Source: Rhynchobatus australiae (lineage: Eukaryota). Taken from it: 46,526 bases of DNA. The translations under genes and the position numbers were made by a program. The DNA lies in contig JAUZTB010000017.1 of NCBI GenBank assembly GCA_034780895.1, forward strand, positions 23,199,566 to 23,246,091. The letters run 5' to 3'. The notes under the pieces are model-generated. The model was not told the DNA's origin, made no database searches, and saw nothing but the letters and a program-made list of their open reading frames with translations. Shown one piece after another: positions 24,561-38,034 of the stretch; position 1 is the first letter of the stretch; every line of letters begins with the position of its first letter.

Positions 24561-27500
24561 CCTCAAGGCTAATTGTATTTTATACATGAGCCTCCAGTAC
24601 CACCTGTACCTTCAACAGCCACTTGCATGTTGCAAATAACAACTTCAGGCAACTTACTTTGTTGATGGCGAGCGGTAAATTGAATCCCTACTTATTGCAC
24701 CTTTTTGTTATTAAGTCCTGTTTCATAATGACAACATGTATACAATATACATGTTTTAGCCAGTGAAGATAAGAAACTTTTCATTAATCTAGAAGCAGCT
24801 GAATGAAATTAATTTCTGAATTTAGTTATCTGTATAAATGAAAAAGAAACAGATGCTTATTGATTAATGACATAGATGCAAAATGACAGAATGAAATTGC
24901 ATCAGTTCAGTGCACCTGTAGTTTGCTAAAGAACAGCTGGTGCAGCATCACTAAGTCACATTCAAATATAAGTCCTATTTCCATGAAAACCACCAAAACA
25001 TGTATTGAACAAAATTAAAAATCCATAGCATATTCTGTAAATAATGGATATGCAGTATTATTTGAACTGTATTTTTCCCTGNNNNNNNNNNNNNNNNNNN
25101 NNNNNNNNNNNNNNNNNNNNNNNNNNNNNNNNNNNNNNNNNNNNNNNNNNNNNNNNNNNNNNNNNNNNNNNNNNNNNNNNNNNNNNNNNNNNNNNNNNNN
25201 NNNNNNNNNNNNNNNNNNNNNNNNNNNNNNNNNNNNNNNNNNNNNNNNNNNNNNNNNNNNNNNNNNNNNNNNNNNNNNNNNNNNNNNNNNNNNNNNNNNN
25301 NNNNNNNNNNNNNNNNNNNNNNNNNNNNNNNNNNNNNTTTAGCACTTTAGCATGTATCCATTGTTTTGGGGGGTATTCTGTTAATTAGCCAGGAACCAAG
25401 TTTCTCTTGATGCTGTCAGAAAACAACAGAAGCCCTTAGCATCTTGCTTGAAGCATCTAAATTAAGAAATGAGTTTTATAGATGCTTCCATATTATTCTT
25501 AGGGCATAATGCAATTCTGCCCAGGGCACATTGTCCTTAATCTTTTTTTTTAAGATTAACATGACTAAATTAATCCTGACTTATAAGAATGAAAGGACAA
25601 GAAAAGATCATGAATAACAAACAGCTGATTCTGTCATCCAAGTTCTCTTTAAGGATTTGATTGATGACCTTTTGGCAGCATGCATTCTCATTTTACCTTT
25701 GTGACCTGGATTAGAATTCAGCTCTGATCAATAGAATGAAAATCTCTTTATCTTCTAGTTATAAAATGGGATACAGCCACACACAAGAATTACTTCTGAC
25801 GCAATTTTTGGGTGATGGTTATAAGTACATCATATATTTTGCATAATAAGATGACCGCTCCTGTATTGTGGGCCTTTGTAGCCATTTAACTGATCAACTT
25901 GCAAAATCCTGATCAATCAAAAAGTTTGTCACTTTCTCTTGGTACAATTTTGATTTTAGTCAGTGATTGGTTTGCAGAACTAAAATAGAGTATGAAATCT
26001 TATTTGACATTGGTCCACTGTAACTGTTAAGCATCGGTGCTTCTTGGACATCTGGTAACTGCTGCCATGATCAGTCTGTGGAACAATTTAACTGAAGAAT
26101 CTCATCTGACATTGGACTAAGGTAATTGCTGCTCATTGATCCCTGGGAGCCATACAACAGTAATGAGGCATTACATCACTATCACAAAGATACATCATGA
26201 ACCAATTTCTACTTTTCTTTTTGAGCTACAGAAGAAATTGCTTTTAAAATGTGTTATGGAGGATTACAAATTGAGAACAAATTTGGAAGGGTGGTTTCTT
26301 GCCATTTATTATAACATTTATATGAAAATTTGCAGCACAGACAGTTGAGCCACCAGAAATAATGGACTGAATCTTGCTGGCCTGATGTCCATCCCATCCT
26401 GAATCATCGCCTGCATTCCTTCCATGCCAAACCTGCATTGTTTGGATACATTAAGGACTCTTATGGTATGGACTCTCATGGTATGGCCTGACCTATGGCA
26501 TAGTGAGGAAAAACCTACACCCAAATCACTCCCCTGAAACCTTTTAAATCCTGCAAGACTCTGCCTCTGGCTTTAAAAGCTGTGAATGATTTTTATAGTT
26601 TTTAAATACCTCAAGCATTGATATAAAGCAAAATGATTGGGGGAGAAAAAGCATACCTTTCTCTCTGCCTCCTCATCCAGACCTCCAAACTCCATTGAAA
26701 TTAATTGTGTCTGGTTGTGCTAGGTCTAACATGCCATTGATCCAAGTGTTGATTTCCCATCATGCATGGAAGAAGTCTGGAACATCACTTAAAAAAAATT
26801 CATTTAGTGGTGTCATTATTCACAATGGTCCAGGCATCTACGACTACACACAGCACATGGATAGTTACATATCCAAAAGCTATACCACTGACTAATATAT
26901 AAAATTAATTTTACACAAATGACTACAAGACAGTTTTCAAATCTTTGTATATGAAACTTCAATATCTAAACAATTGCATTTAAGGCCAACATTTATAAAT
27001 TGATATTGAAAAGCAGTACTTTATAGTTGGTTTGGGTAATCAGCCACTACTTCCTCTTAATGCTTCATTCAATTTAATGATAATATAACAAAGGCGCACA
27101 AACCAAATAAAGACATTTTTCCCAAATTAGAGACCCTTAACTAACTCTTGAGTGTTGAAGGTATTCTCCTGTACAGTACTGGCAATGTTACAATTTTCGA
27201 TTTATTTTAAGTAGGTTTTTTCAGATATGCTCTGGAACAAATTGTGTGTTATTGATTAGCAAGGGTTAATTAGTTGCAATTGCAAAGAATTTCACATTAA
27301 TCAGTTGTAATCTTGCTGTCAGCTGGCTGCTATGAAATTCAATAGTGCCTCAAACCAAGGTCTTGCAGGAGTTCAGACTTTGCACACTCTGCCAACTCAT
27401 TATCATTGGGTGGTACTGAACAGAAACAAACCCTTTGACCACCCACTTGCATGAACCCCACATTAATCCCAGTTTTTATTCACCCTACTTTCTGGTTAGT

Positions 27501-29234
27501 CCAGGACCTGGACAGCATCCAGGGTGGGCATGAGGGGTAACACTGGCCAGGGCTGCTGGGTGGAAGGCATGATTAGGAGTTCAGAGGCAAGAGTCAGCTG
27601 CAGGTGTTTGATGCTGGGGGAAGGGCCATGATCCTTAGAGGGGTGGGGAGGGTTGTGTTTGGGAGGGTCAGTGATTAGGTGGTGTTGAGGTTGTGGGTCA
27701 GTTTATAAGGTTGATAAGTGGGCTTATGGTTGTGTGAAAGTGGTAAGCTTGGGAAGGGGTTGTGTTGGGGGACCCCAAAGGAGAGCTGAATAAGTTGAAA
27801 ACCATTTCTGGGCGAGAGGTCCATGGATGGCATTGGCTACTCATGCAAATACTGGAAATAATATCTGGATATTCCTGCACACTGAGGTCCTCTGTTCATT
27901 ATGGAATAAAAGCTGGCCTTCCCAATCCATATCTTTTCTATAAAGATTGGACAACTTGCTATTTGTCTGCTAAATGTCTGCTATTTGATCTAATCTCCAG
28001 GAAAATTGGTATTGTTTTTTCAGCTTGTCTGAAAAATTGTTAGATCATGTGGGTCAGCAACAATCACAAGCAGTCTACGAAAAGATCCATATTTGGCTTT
28101 TACTGATCCTTGGTGTCAACTTGCTGTTCCATTCTACCTAAATCCTGAGTGACAATACCTGTGTTAAATATCCCTGACATTCAGAAACATCCAAAACTTT
28201 GAAACATCAAGCAATTTAAAGAATTACAAATAATTATAATGTGCTAACAATGTTAAAGAAAACANNNNNNNNNNNNNNNNNNNNNNNNNNNNNNNNNNNN
28301 NNNNNNNNNNNNNNNNNNNNNNNNNNNNNNNNNNNNNNNNNNNNNNNNNNNNNNNNNNNNNNNNACAACATGACACAATTAAAATCATTTAAGAATACTT
28401 AGTACAAATAAAACATCTAATTAAATTCAATTATTTTAATGGTATGTAAATTACCTAATATTTTGCTCTTACTCTTTTTTTTTCTCCATCCAAACGAATG
28501 GAATGTTGGGGAGGGTGGGGGAAGGTTTCTGCTTCTGTGCCTGGTGCAACCTGGCACAGGTTCTTTGATCTTCCAATATAACTACTGTAGAATTGCTACA
28601 AGTTTGCCCTCTGCTGCGAGGCTTCATGAGGAACCCAATCATCAACCCTAAATATCATCCCTCCACCACATTGGATTGCATTTGGGAAGTAGCTGGTGAA
28701 GGGCAACCAGAAAGTTTGGGACTCCCACATCTAATTCAGAACTTGGTGACATTTGCATAAGGAATTACCAGCAGTTGTCATCAGTATTTCCATGAAGAAT
28801 CTGACCTATTATTTCCCTTGGGCCTTCTGTTTCAAATATCATGAGCGCAGGGACATATCTCAACCTAATAGATTGGCAGCCACTCAATAGAAGAGACAAA
28901 AATTATATATAATGTTGAAATTAATAGCTGTCTTGGTTATTGTAAGATTTTCATGTTTTACGATATTATGTGCACAATCCAATTTCTATTATAGCTTCCT
29001 AAGACTGTCTAAGTCAGCTAATATTTAATTTATCATATCCTTGGGCAGAGGAATTATCACTAACACACATCTGGTGTAATAATTTATAATATGAAATAAG
29101 ATGTTTTTGCATTAGGAACTCTGAAATAGTGGCTATGAATTGTACTCGTCTGACTATATTTATTGTAAGACTATACTAGGCTTTCTACTTGGATTTTGAT
29201 GTTTCAAGCTGTTTATTTAAGGTGAAGTTAAATG

Positions 29235-29860
29235 GTGGTGGTGGCCAGCAATTGCTGTCCACCCTAAATTAGAATAAAGAAGGTGGTGATCAGCTGCCTT
29301 CAAGAACTAGTGTCGTCTGCAGGGTGAAGAAAGTCTCTTAGGACCATTGGATAGGGAGTTCTGGGAATACACAAAGGAATAATGATAAAATGTTGATATA
29401 TTTCCAGGTTAGAGTATGTGATTTGGAGGGGAACTTGCCATCTCATGCTGCCCTTACCTTTCTAGTGGAAGAGGTAATGGATTTCAGAGGAAATGCTGAA
29501 GGAGTCTTGGCCACTTGCTGCTTTGTGTTTTGTAGATGGTACATACTGCATTAATGGTGAACTGCTGGTGGAGGGATGATATTTAGGGTTGATGATTGGG
29601 TACAAATCAAGCCAGATGCTTTGTCCTGTATGATACATATTTGGAAAGGCAATGGAGGGGCTCTCTTTCAGGCATGTATTCCATCACTCTCCTGACTTGT
29701 TGATGGTAGGAATATTTGGGGTATCTTGTGCCAAATAATTTCCCCAATCTATGACCTTTTCCTGTTGCAACAATACTTACGGGGCCATTCCAATTACTCT
29801 TCTGGTTGTGGCCCCAGGATACCATTGTTTGTGAATTTGAAACAGGTATGTTGTTGCACC
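29235..29860 (-). mobile_element. CR1-clade LINE 3' fragment (FKKAAHHHL family)
   Basis: Minus strand near 29270-29305 reads FLKAADHHLL. Also carries gatagggagttctggga...gatatatttccaggttagagtatgtgatttggaggggaacttgc, shared with the other two copies. Confidence 0.7.
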
Positions 29861-31034
29861 TGTCCCTTGAAGTCTCTGCCTTGCTGTGGTGGGACAGCTT
29901 GCACATTTTAAAGATCCCCAGAACCTTCACTGCCAGGTGATTTTATTCTGGCCCTCCAGGATGGGGATTAGCACATTTCTTTATGGGACCTGTTAGTAAT
30001 AAAATATGTTATGGAAACAGAGGTGGTGAAATTGACCACTACTGTGTCAATAACACAGAAGGAAGTCATTGGCATGAAGACTGAAGTGTACAACAGTAAG
30101 ATAAAACCCAGGATTGTGTTCTGGGGTGTACAAAATAGGAAAACCAGTTCAGTTGAGATGCTATGACTTGTACATCTTGTGGGTTAATGAGATTAGATGG
30201 CAGGATCAGGAAGATGAATAAAAACCACACCAGAAACTTTGTAGTATTCTGGGTTGAGTAATGGACAACACCACAGGAGTATTGCCATATTTTTGAAGAA
30301 GGGAGTGCAGTGATCCCTGCTTGAGTGAAAGGCCATGAGTCGCAGATTTATGAGAGCCAGTCTGAAGGAGAAGCACACCAACATCACCTTGATTAAATGC
30401 TCTGCTCCAAAAAAATGACTTTTTTTTTTAAAAAAGCAAAGAATAAATTCTACTCTACCCTGTAGATAGAGAGTACCATGGCAATGACTCTCATCATGGG
30501 GAACCTATAATGATGGAGTAATGGAAGTCATGGCTATGGCACCACAAATGAAAGTGAGACAGTTTGTTGATCTTTGCAATATTTTCATTATTACCACTGT
30601 GAAGTTCACAGCTAATGTAGTGTTCTCCGAGTCAGCTCAGAACCAGATTGAGCACATGATGAATGGCAAATGAAAACACTCACTGACAGATGTAAAGTTG
30701 TATGTTTAGGATCCTCTATGCATTATGATGTAAAAGTGAGAAGGGGAGCAGATATTGGCAGAAACCATCAGCTTGAGTCTCATTTAAGCTAAAACTGAGA
30801 AGAGTGGGTCCACAGAAAAAGGAACATAGAAATTATAATGTTAACAGCTAAATTCCCCTGAAATATAGAAAACCTTTGTTCTCCAGCTGAAGAACTGGTT
30901 TTAGGCCCTTGTAGACCTTGATGAAGAGAAGAGGAATACAGATGAGAGCAACAAGTAATGGGCCAGAATCTAGAAAAAGAGCAGTGAAGCCTGCTCAAGT
31001 TACAGTGAGAAGAAATGAAAGGTATAGACTAATT

Positions 31035-31420
31035 ACTTATTACAAAAGAGAAGGAGGCCATTCAATCCTCCAGGTCTATGGTGGTTCCCAGCAGGGCAAT
31101 CCCAAAGTCCAGTTCTGCCTCTCTTTATTTACCTGCAGTCATTTATTCTCTCTCACATGCCCATCAATTTCCCTTTGGTTCTTTAGATACCTACACAGAA
31201 TCATACAGTACAGAAAAAGGCACTTTAGCCCACTGTGCCCATGCTAACCATTTGAGGACCTAGCTATACTAATCCCATTTACCGGCACTTGGACTGAGCC
31301 TTCTATGCATTAGTAATTCAAGTGCTCACCCATTACCATCTCAGGCAGTGCATTCCAGATTCTAACCATGCCCTGGATGAAAAAAATTCTTTATCAGATT
31401 CCCTCTAAAACTCTAATCCT
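31035..31420 (-). mobile_element. Two adjacent CR1 3'-end fragments inserted in the RTE
   Basis: aaaagagaaggaggccattcaatcc (31045) and catacagtacagaaaaaggcactttagcccac...caggcagtgcattccagattctaacc...gaaaaaaattc (31200-31390) are antisense CR1 termini. Confidence 0.6.
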
Positions 31421-31429
31421 TACCCTGCA

Positions 31430-31591
31430 CAAAATTAACCTATCAGTGTTTCTCTGGGACATGTGCAGAAACTGGAGTTATTAGCAAAATTCACATGGTT
31501 GTGGGGAAAACAGACAAACTCAACACAGCGCCAGAGGCCAGGATCAAACTCTGGTCCCTGGAGCTGTGAGGCAGCGGCACCAAGTGCTGTG
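31430..31591 (-). mobile_element. V-domain SINE fragment nested in the RTE
   Basis: gaaactggag...cacatggttgtggggaaaacagacaaactcaacacagcgccagaggccaggatcaaactctggtccctggagctgtgaggcagc = antisense V-domain plus tRNA head. Confidence 0.7.
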
Positions 31592-32619
31592 NNNNNNNNN
31601 NNNNNNNNNNNNNNNNNNNNNNNNNNNNNNNNNNNNNNNNNNNNNNNNNNNNNNNNNNNNNNNNNNNNNNNNNNNNNNNNNNNNNNNNNNNNNNNNNNNN
31701 NNNNNNNNNNNNNNNNNNNNNNNNNNNNNNNNNNNNNNNNNNNNNNNNNNNNNNNNNNNNNNNNNNNNNNNNNNNNNNNNNNNNNNNNNNNNNNNNNNNN
31801 NNNNNNNNNNNNNNNNNNNNNNNNNNNNNNNNNNNGTAGAGCACATTTTGAAGTTAAACACCATGTAAGAGTAGAGAAAAGATAATATATTATACTGGTA
31901 ACACATGCAGAAGATGAAGCTGCCTGTGGCAAAGAAGGAACCATCTATAAAATGTTGTGGCTCATCAGCAAATGACAGACATCAGCACATATATTTAGAG
32001 ACAAGCAAAACCATCTACTGAAAACAATAAAAGAATAAAGAATTTTTCTGGGCAGAGCACATCAAAGAATTACTGAACAGAGAGCCACCTGAAGTAGAAG
32101 CAAACAGCTAAGAGACAGAGTTCTTGACATCAACGCAGTTACATCCCAACAGGAAGAGATCATCCAAGCCATCAAATCCTTAAAAAAAAGGCAATGCTTC
32201 TGGCAAGGACAACTTCAATGCAGTATTGTTCAAGGTTTATCCTGAGTTTGCAGCATTTATCCTGGCCCATCTCGTCACATCAGTTTAGGACAGAAAAAAT
32301 GCCAGATGAGTGGACCGAAGGGGTTAGAGTGAAAATACCCAAGAAAAGAGCACCATTTGCTTTTAAAGCTGGTGTGGTATTACATTTTTATCTGTGCCTG
32401 GCAAGGCAATGTGTAAGATCACAGTTCAGCATTAATCAAAGGCAGTGAAAGCCTTCTCAGTAAAGGGTAAACCAGTTTTCTGGAAGAGTGGTTAGCTTTT
32501 TACTCTACAAAACATAACAGAGTAATTCTCAGAATAGCAACGGCTCTATACAGACTCCGTAGACTTTGAGATGTACTTTAACATCATTCATAAGACCAGT
32601 CATTGATTTCATTAACTAA

Positions 32620-32888
32620 CTCGCTTATTATGACACAGAAACCATTCAGCCATTTGAGTCTGAGCAGACCAGTTCTTTCAGTCTCAACTCTCCTTGTACC
32701 TTGTAACTTGTTCATTTTTGACCACTAAGTGGTAAATTACAGTTAACTTAATAACACATCTTTGGGATGTTAGAGGAAACTCGAGTGCCCAGAGATAACC
32801 TATGTGGTCACATGGAAAAGATATAAACTCTGCACAGACTGTGAGCTATGAGGCAGTGGCACTAACTGCTGTGCTATTGTGCCGTCCT
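32620..32888 (-). mobile_element. HE1-like V-domain SINE with a CR1-type tail, nested in the RTE RT domain
   Basis: Antisense CR1-like tail (gacacagaaaccattcagccatttgagtctg), then acatctttgggatgttagaggaaactcgagtgcccagagataacc...aaactctgcacagac...gagctatgaggcagtggcactaactgctgtgc. Confidence 0.65.
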
Positions 32889-35339
32889 GTTGAATTCTGC
32901 AATCATATGGAATACGCNNNNNNNNNNNNNNNNNNNNNNNNNNNNNNNNNNNNNNNNNNNNNNNNNNNNNNNNNNNNNNNNNNNNNNNNNNNNNNNNNNN
33001 NNNNNNNNNNNNNNNNNTTCTGCAATCATATGGAATACGCCTCCCAATAATTAACATTAGTTAAGAACTTCTAATCAACTTTACGTGCAGTGTTCATCAC
33101 AATTTGCCCAAATTGGAAATCAAATCAGGGATGTGGAAAGTCTGCAATTCTCCTCAGTATTGCCATGAATTAGATAATGCAGTGTACAACAGAAGATGTA
33201 CCAAGAAGCATCAGATGGACACTTTTCTCATCCCTTGCATACCTTGACTTAGCAGCTGATTGCACTTTCCTACTATATATCCAATACCGAAAACAAGAAA
33301 ACAACAATCTGACTCAATACATTCAGCTAACATGTCAGACCATAAGTTAAATGCAACCAAACAGATATCATGCCCTTTACCATTGCCTTATTGTCACTAG
33401 AACAGACAGTGACTATTCTCAACATGAAGGCTACAATTGGTTGAATGCATTAGTTCACTTTCTCACTAATACAAGATATTGACATAACAGGACAGCACCA
33501 TCTGTCAGGATGGTGAAACAATGCCAGGATATCCAAAAGAAAATCACCAAAGCCATGAACATCTTCAGGAACTTGCAATGTAGTCTGCAAATCATCAAGA
33601 TGCAAGACAAAAAATAAACTCAAGGTTTATCAGGGCTCTGTTTTCAACACTTCTATATAGTTTAGCAATTTGGGAAGTAACAGTCTAAATTGTCTTCATC
33701 TTGTATAACCTGCCTCAGAAAAATCCTCTGTACCTTTTTGTCCAGAGCAAACTCGGACTAAGACCCACTTATGCCATCGTTACCAGGAGGTTATGAGGGT
33801 GGAGTGACTATGCTTCAGTTGGAAGCCTATTCTATCACTAGAATAGCAACAAGATGGACTCCTGATGGTAAGCAAATGTGAGAATGTCAGAAAACAATAT
33901 GGTGAAGAGCTGTAGAACTAAGCTGGAACACTTTGGTGCAGTTGGGAAACTATTGAAACACTTGCCAGTAATAAACAAGGGTGGAAGTGCTACATCACTG
34001 CCTGAAATACAGAGAATAGTAAGTAAAGAATGTCATTACATAACATGGAAAGGTGATTGAAGTCTCTCTTGTTTAAATCAGTATTGTATAACATTTGTAT
34101 AGTGTGAATGTTGCTTGTCACTTGCTTGATCGTTGTCCATGCTTTGTTATATACAGGATGAGCTACAAATGAAATTAAACATTACACAATCATTAGTGAA
34201 GATTGCCCCTTCTGACCTTTTGAAGTAAGGAAGATCAGTGAAGGTACAGATGAAGGTGGTTGATCATGTGACATTGTCTTGGAACTGTGATGAATTGATA
34301 TTCAATAACCAGAACCACCTTTTTTNNNNNNNNNNNNNNNNNNNNNNNNNNNNNNNNNNNNNNNNNNNNNNNNNNNNNNNNNNNNNNNNNNNNNNNNNNN
34401 NNNNNNNNNNNNNNNNNNNNNNNNNGACAACCAATGGTGAGTTTCCCCCCTTGATTCAAATTAGCTTCAAATTTTACAAGGGTTCTTTGATGCTGCATTC
34501 AACCAAGTGCAGCCTTTGTGTCCAGGACAGTCACTGTCGCCTCATCTCTGAAATTCAGCTTTTACGTCCATGTTCAGGCCAAGACTCTAATGAGATATAG
34601 AGCTGAACTGTTAGATTTAGAATTAATTAGAAATAGTCTTGCATAATTGTACCTCAAGCTTGCATTAGCTGTGCTTTGGATTTGGAATTCACTGTGCATT
34701 TGATTTCAGTTTGGCTATCCAGAGTTAGACACCGTTCCATAGTGCAGGTTTATCCTCCATACTCTCTGCTCCTGTTTTGCTTGGCTTTGCACTAAATCTT
34801 TCTGTTCAGCAGATTCATGGATCTCTGCCTGGTACTGATTTGCATTGGAAAGCACTGATGAAACAATCATTTTTTTTGTATGATTGGCAATAGAGTAAAT
34901 TGACTAATACAGAAGCAGATGTAGAAATTTGAATTAAAAAACAGAAAATTCTGGAAATATTAGTATTTTTAGGTATCTTATTTAATTGAGTTTATTTAAG
35001 TGTCTTTATGTACTATATTTTTATAAACAAAATTTTAATTTGTTTCATTTTTAAATAGTTTTGGAATTTTTTGAATACTTCTAAATATCAGAAACATTAA
35101 TATTTTTCAGCATTTTGACAGCCAAGAGCATGATAGCTGGAGCTGCAGGCTATTGGCTGCTGTTTTCAGCAGTTTTATGGTGAGGGTATGTTCTGGCCCC
35201 ATGACTCCACTTCATGCGATTGGATTCATGATTTGAAGGCTTTGCTGCTGGGGAGATCTTTGCCTCTGAGATTTATGCTGGCACTTTACCACAAGTTCTC
35301 CATGGCTGGTGCAAAGAAAAGGTGGGTGTTCCCTATTTT

Positions 35340-36250
35340 CATAGATCAGTGCTGAGAATGAGCAGGTCTGTAAATAGTGGATCAATGTTGTAGGTCAATG
35401 CCTGACAGGAACTGAACTAAATTAGAGATGCATCAGGTCTTATGCAACTATGGGCACAAAAAAAAGGTTTTGATAAGTGGAAGGCAAGAGATTAAGTGAT
35501 AAAAAGAATGATGGTGCAAGGCAAAAGGAGACTATAATGGGACGAGTCTAGAAGTATAAAAGGAACTATAAACTGCTCTTGCCTGTAATAAAATGAGAGT
35601 TAGAATTATGGTTTAAAATAAAATCAAAACTGAATCCAGAAGGATGCAAAATGTCTCATTGCAAGATGATTTGCTATTCTTTGAGCTTAGTTTAAACTTC
35701 AGTACAACACTGTAGGAGGCCAAGGACATAAACGTCAATGTGTTAGTCTGGCAGAGAAATAAAATGACAGGCAACTGGAATTCAACATCATGCCTGAAAA
35801 TTGAACAGAGTTGTTCTCCAAATTGATCCTCCACCTGAGCTTGACTTCCTCAGATCATGATTTCATCAAGATGGATCTTTCAGGCCCTGTATGGGATGAA
35901 GGGAGTACATTAAAAGGGCAGCTATTGCATTTCACAGGAAGATTTTAGGAGTTATTGAAGACTGGGCCAAGTTGTCACTTGGGGATTGGTTTCTTAGGAA
36001 TGCTGAGAGTAGAGTAAGATATACTTAATGCTGACCTCATACAGAAGGCAACAGATAGGAGGTAGAAGGCCTGGACAAATGGTATCCTATTCAGATTTTG
36101 GGAGAGAGTGACTTGGTAACATCACTTCATTGCAGGAAAAATCTTTGAGAGAAAGGAAAGATGTATTGGAAGCTTGAGAATGGAAGATGGCATCACCAGA
36201 ACCAAATCCACAGAAGGAGGAACTAGAAGAATGGAATAAAGTTCTTACCG
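35340..36250 (-). mobile_element. Penelope-like element: RT thumb, GIY-YIG endonuclease C-terminal part and 3' UTR, decayed
   Basis: Minus ORF 35613-35834 EDQFGEQLCSIFRHDVEFQLPV resembles Penelope GIY-YIG (LGDRFAEHLRSVRKHDPELPVACHF). The minus strand near 36170-36245 resembles IPFSQFLRLRRICSDDATFH. Confidence 0.7.
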
Positions 36251-37344
36251 AAATTCGGTAGAGAAGTATATCACTGCAGCTTCATGGAATAGTGTTCTTT
36301 TGAAACGAGGATCCATTTCATGTGTGAATTACTGCAGAACACATGAAATAGTAGAAATTGTAATGCTGAAGAGTTGAATATGATTTAGCTANNNNNNNNN
36401 NNNNNNNNNNNNNNNNNNNNNNNNNNNNNNNNNNNNNNNNNNNNNNNNNNNNNNNNNNNNNNNNNNNNNNNNNNNNNNNNNNNNNNNNNNNATGATTTAG
36501 CTATTGCGATATTAATTTTGAAGGAATCTCTTCATCTTCAATTAAGTATATGTACAATTTACAAACAAAATGCTTCAATGGCAGCAGAATAAAATCTGCT
36601 ATCTTTTAAAATTTTACTCTTGGAAATACTGCCACCAATTGGTTGATAGCTTGAATTACCCACTGTCATGAACAGAGAACTCCTCACTGGAATTTATTGC
36701 TGGATGATGATGATCTATAATAATGTAATTAAAACTGGAGTTACAGAATCTGTCAAAGGTATTTATTAGAATTAACATCATGCTTGGCAAAGGTTAAGTT
36801 GCTTTAATTTATTTGCAAAACATTGGTGAAAACTCTGAGTTTAGAAAATTAATAGAAGTTGTTGCTGACAAAATTCAAAACAAATTATTAACACAGGAAC
36901 ATTGCCTCATAATTAGAAAATGTAACTTTTAAACCACTGGGTTTTATTCTTGCTTGATGCATTTGACACATTGATAATATCAATGCATTTAATAATTTAG
37001 GTCATTGTCAATGCAAAAGGTAGTGATAAATTATTAAATGAATTCAGCATCTCAGCAGCTCTTATTCCTGTACTGTACAACATCCCTGTAGATTTGCACT
37101 TCTGTATTCCGTAGAAATCAGGAAGCAATGAAATATTTCTAAAAATACACTTTTGCTAAATATTAAATAATTGCTATAGTTTTTCTGGAACAGTAAGATA
37201 AATATTTTAAGTTATTATTTGAAGCATTCATTCAACATAGTGTAAAGAAAATGTCATATCATTAATAAAGACCTATAAATGTTGCAATTAAAATCAATTG
37301 AACATTATCAGAGGTACAAATACCATAAGTCAGATAAATCTATT

Positions 37345-37710
37345 GGGTACTGTAGCATTGTAGTTAAGTTAAAGAGAAGGGACTGATGTATTAACCTTGT
37401 TCCTCTTTCCACAGATGCTGTCGGACCTGCAGAATGTTTGTAGTGTTTTTTGTTTATATTATTATCGTTATTAAAGTATCAAGAGGCCTAGAATATTAAT
37501 CTGGAGATAGTTTCAAATCTAGCAATTAAATAAATCTGCAATAAAATGCAAGTAACAGGGTCTACCAGAATGTTGCAAAAGATTCATTTTGATGTATTAG
37601 CATCCTTTAAAATGGGAATTCTCCCAAACTTACTTAGTCTGACCTATATGTGATTCCAGACCATCAGTGCAGCTGACTTTTAATTGTCTCCTCCATTCAG
37701 GGAAATTATG
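37345..37710 (+). mobile_element. Decayed tRNA-type SINE with a short Penelope terminal fragment inserted at ~37370-37462
   Basis: Head gtagcattgtagttaagtt resumes at tcaagaggcctagaatattaatctggagatagtttcaaatc...aataaatctgcaat...gtctgacctatatgtgattccagacc. The insert is ttccacagatgctgtcggacctgcagaatgtttgtagtgtttttt. Confidence 0.5.
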
Positions 37711-38034
37711 GAACGATCAATCAGATTATGAAGAGTTGTTTGTATCGATAGTTTGATCTGTACAAACTAATGACAATAGAGATTTAAACTTTATAGGCCT
37801 AGATCTCAATGGAAGAGTAAAAATCATATGCTGCCAATGAAATGAGAGGGATCCTGAGGCAGTAAATGTTTCTGGGGCTGTGGATGTATAATAAACAAGA
37901 AGGTACGTGCACTAATGCTGGGAAATTTTGGCGCTTGCTTGGAGGTAGTAAGCAAAAGATTTCACCTGAAGCCTGATGTCATGCATTACTAGAATTGGCT
38001 TAAAATATGAATGTAGTCTGCACTAAGAGTCCTG

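Larger units (their letters stand above)
30050..34027 (+). mobile_element. RTE-clade LINE, near full-length but heavily decayed (APE endonuclease plus RT), with nested insertions
   Basis: APE motifs ILWVNEIRW, YSGLSNGQHHRSIAIF, KHTNITLIKCSAP, QNQIEHMM, VRRGADIGRNHQL. Linker/RT motifs WAEHIKELLNREPP, EEIIQAIKSL, EKMPDEWTEGVRVKIPKK, SIRWTLFSSLAYLDLAAD (cf. LDFADD). Tail agtaagtaaag. Confidence 0.8.

Noticed and set aside
25670-25800. Possible LF-SINE-like head remnant (gacctggattagaattcagc...gaatgaaaatctc)
   Set aside because: Too degenerate to call by eye; needs an nhmmer search.
32895-33040. 23-bp direct repeat flanking a gap (a similar case lies at ~36380-36503)
   Set aside because: Same 100-N scaffolding artefact; the RTE sequence reads through if the two copies are merged.
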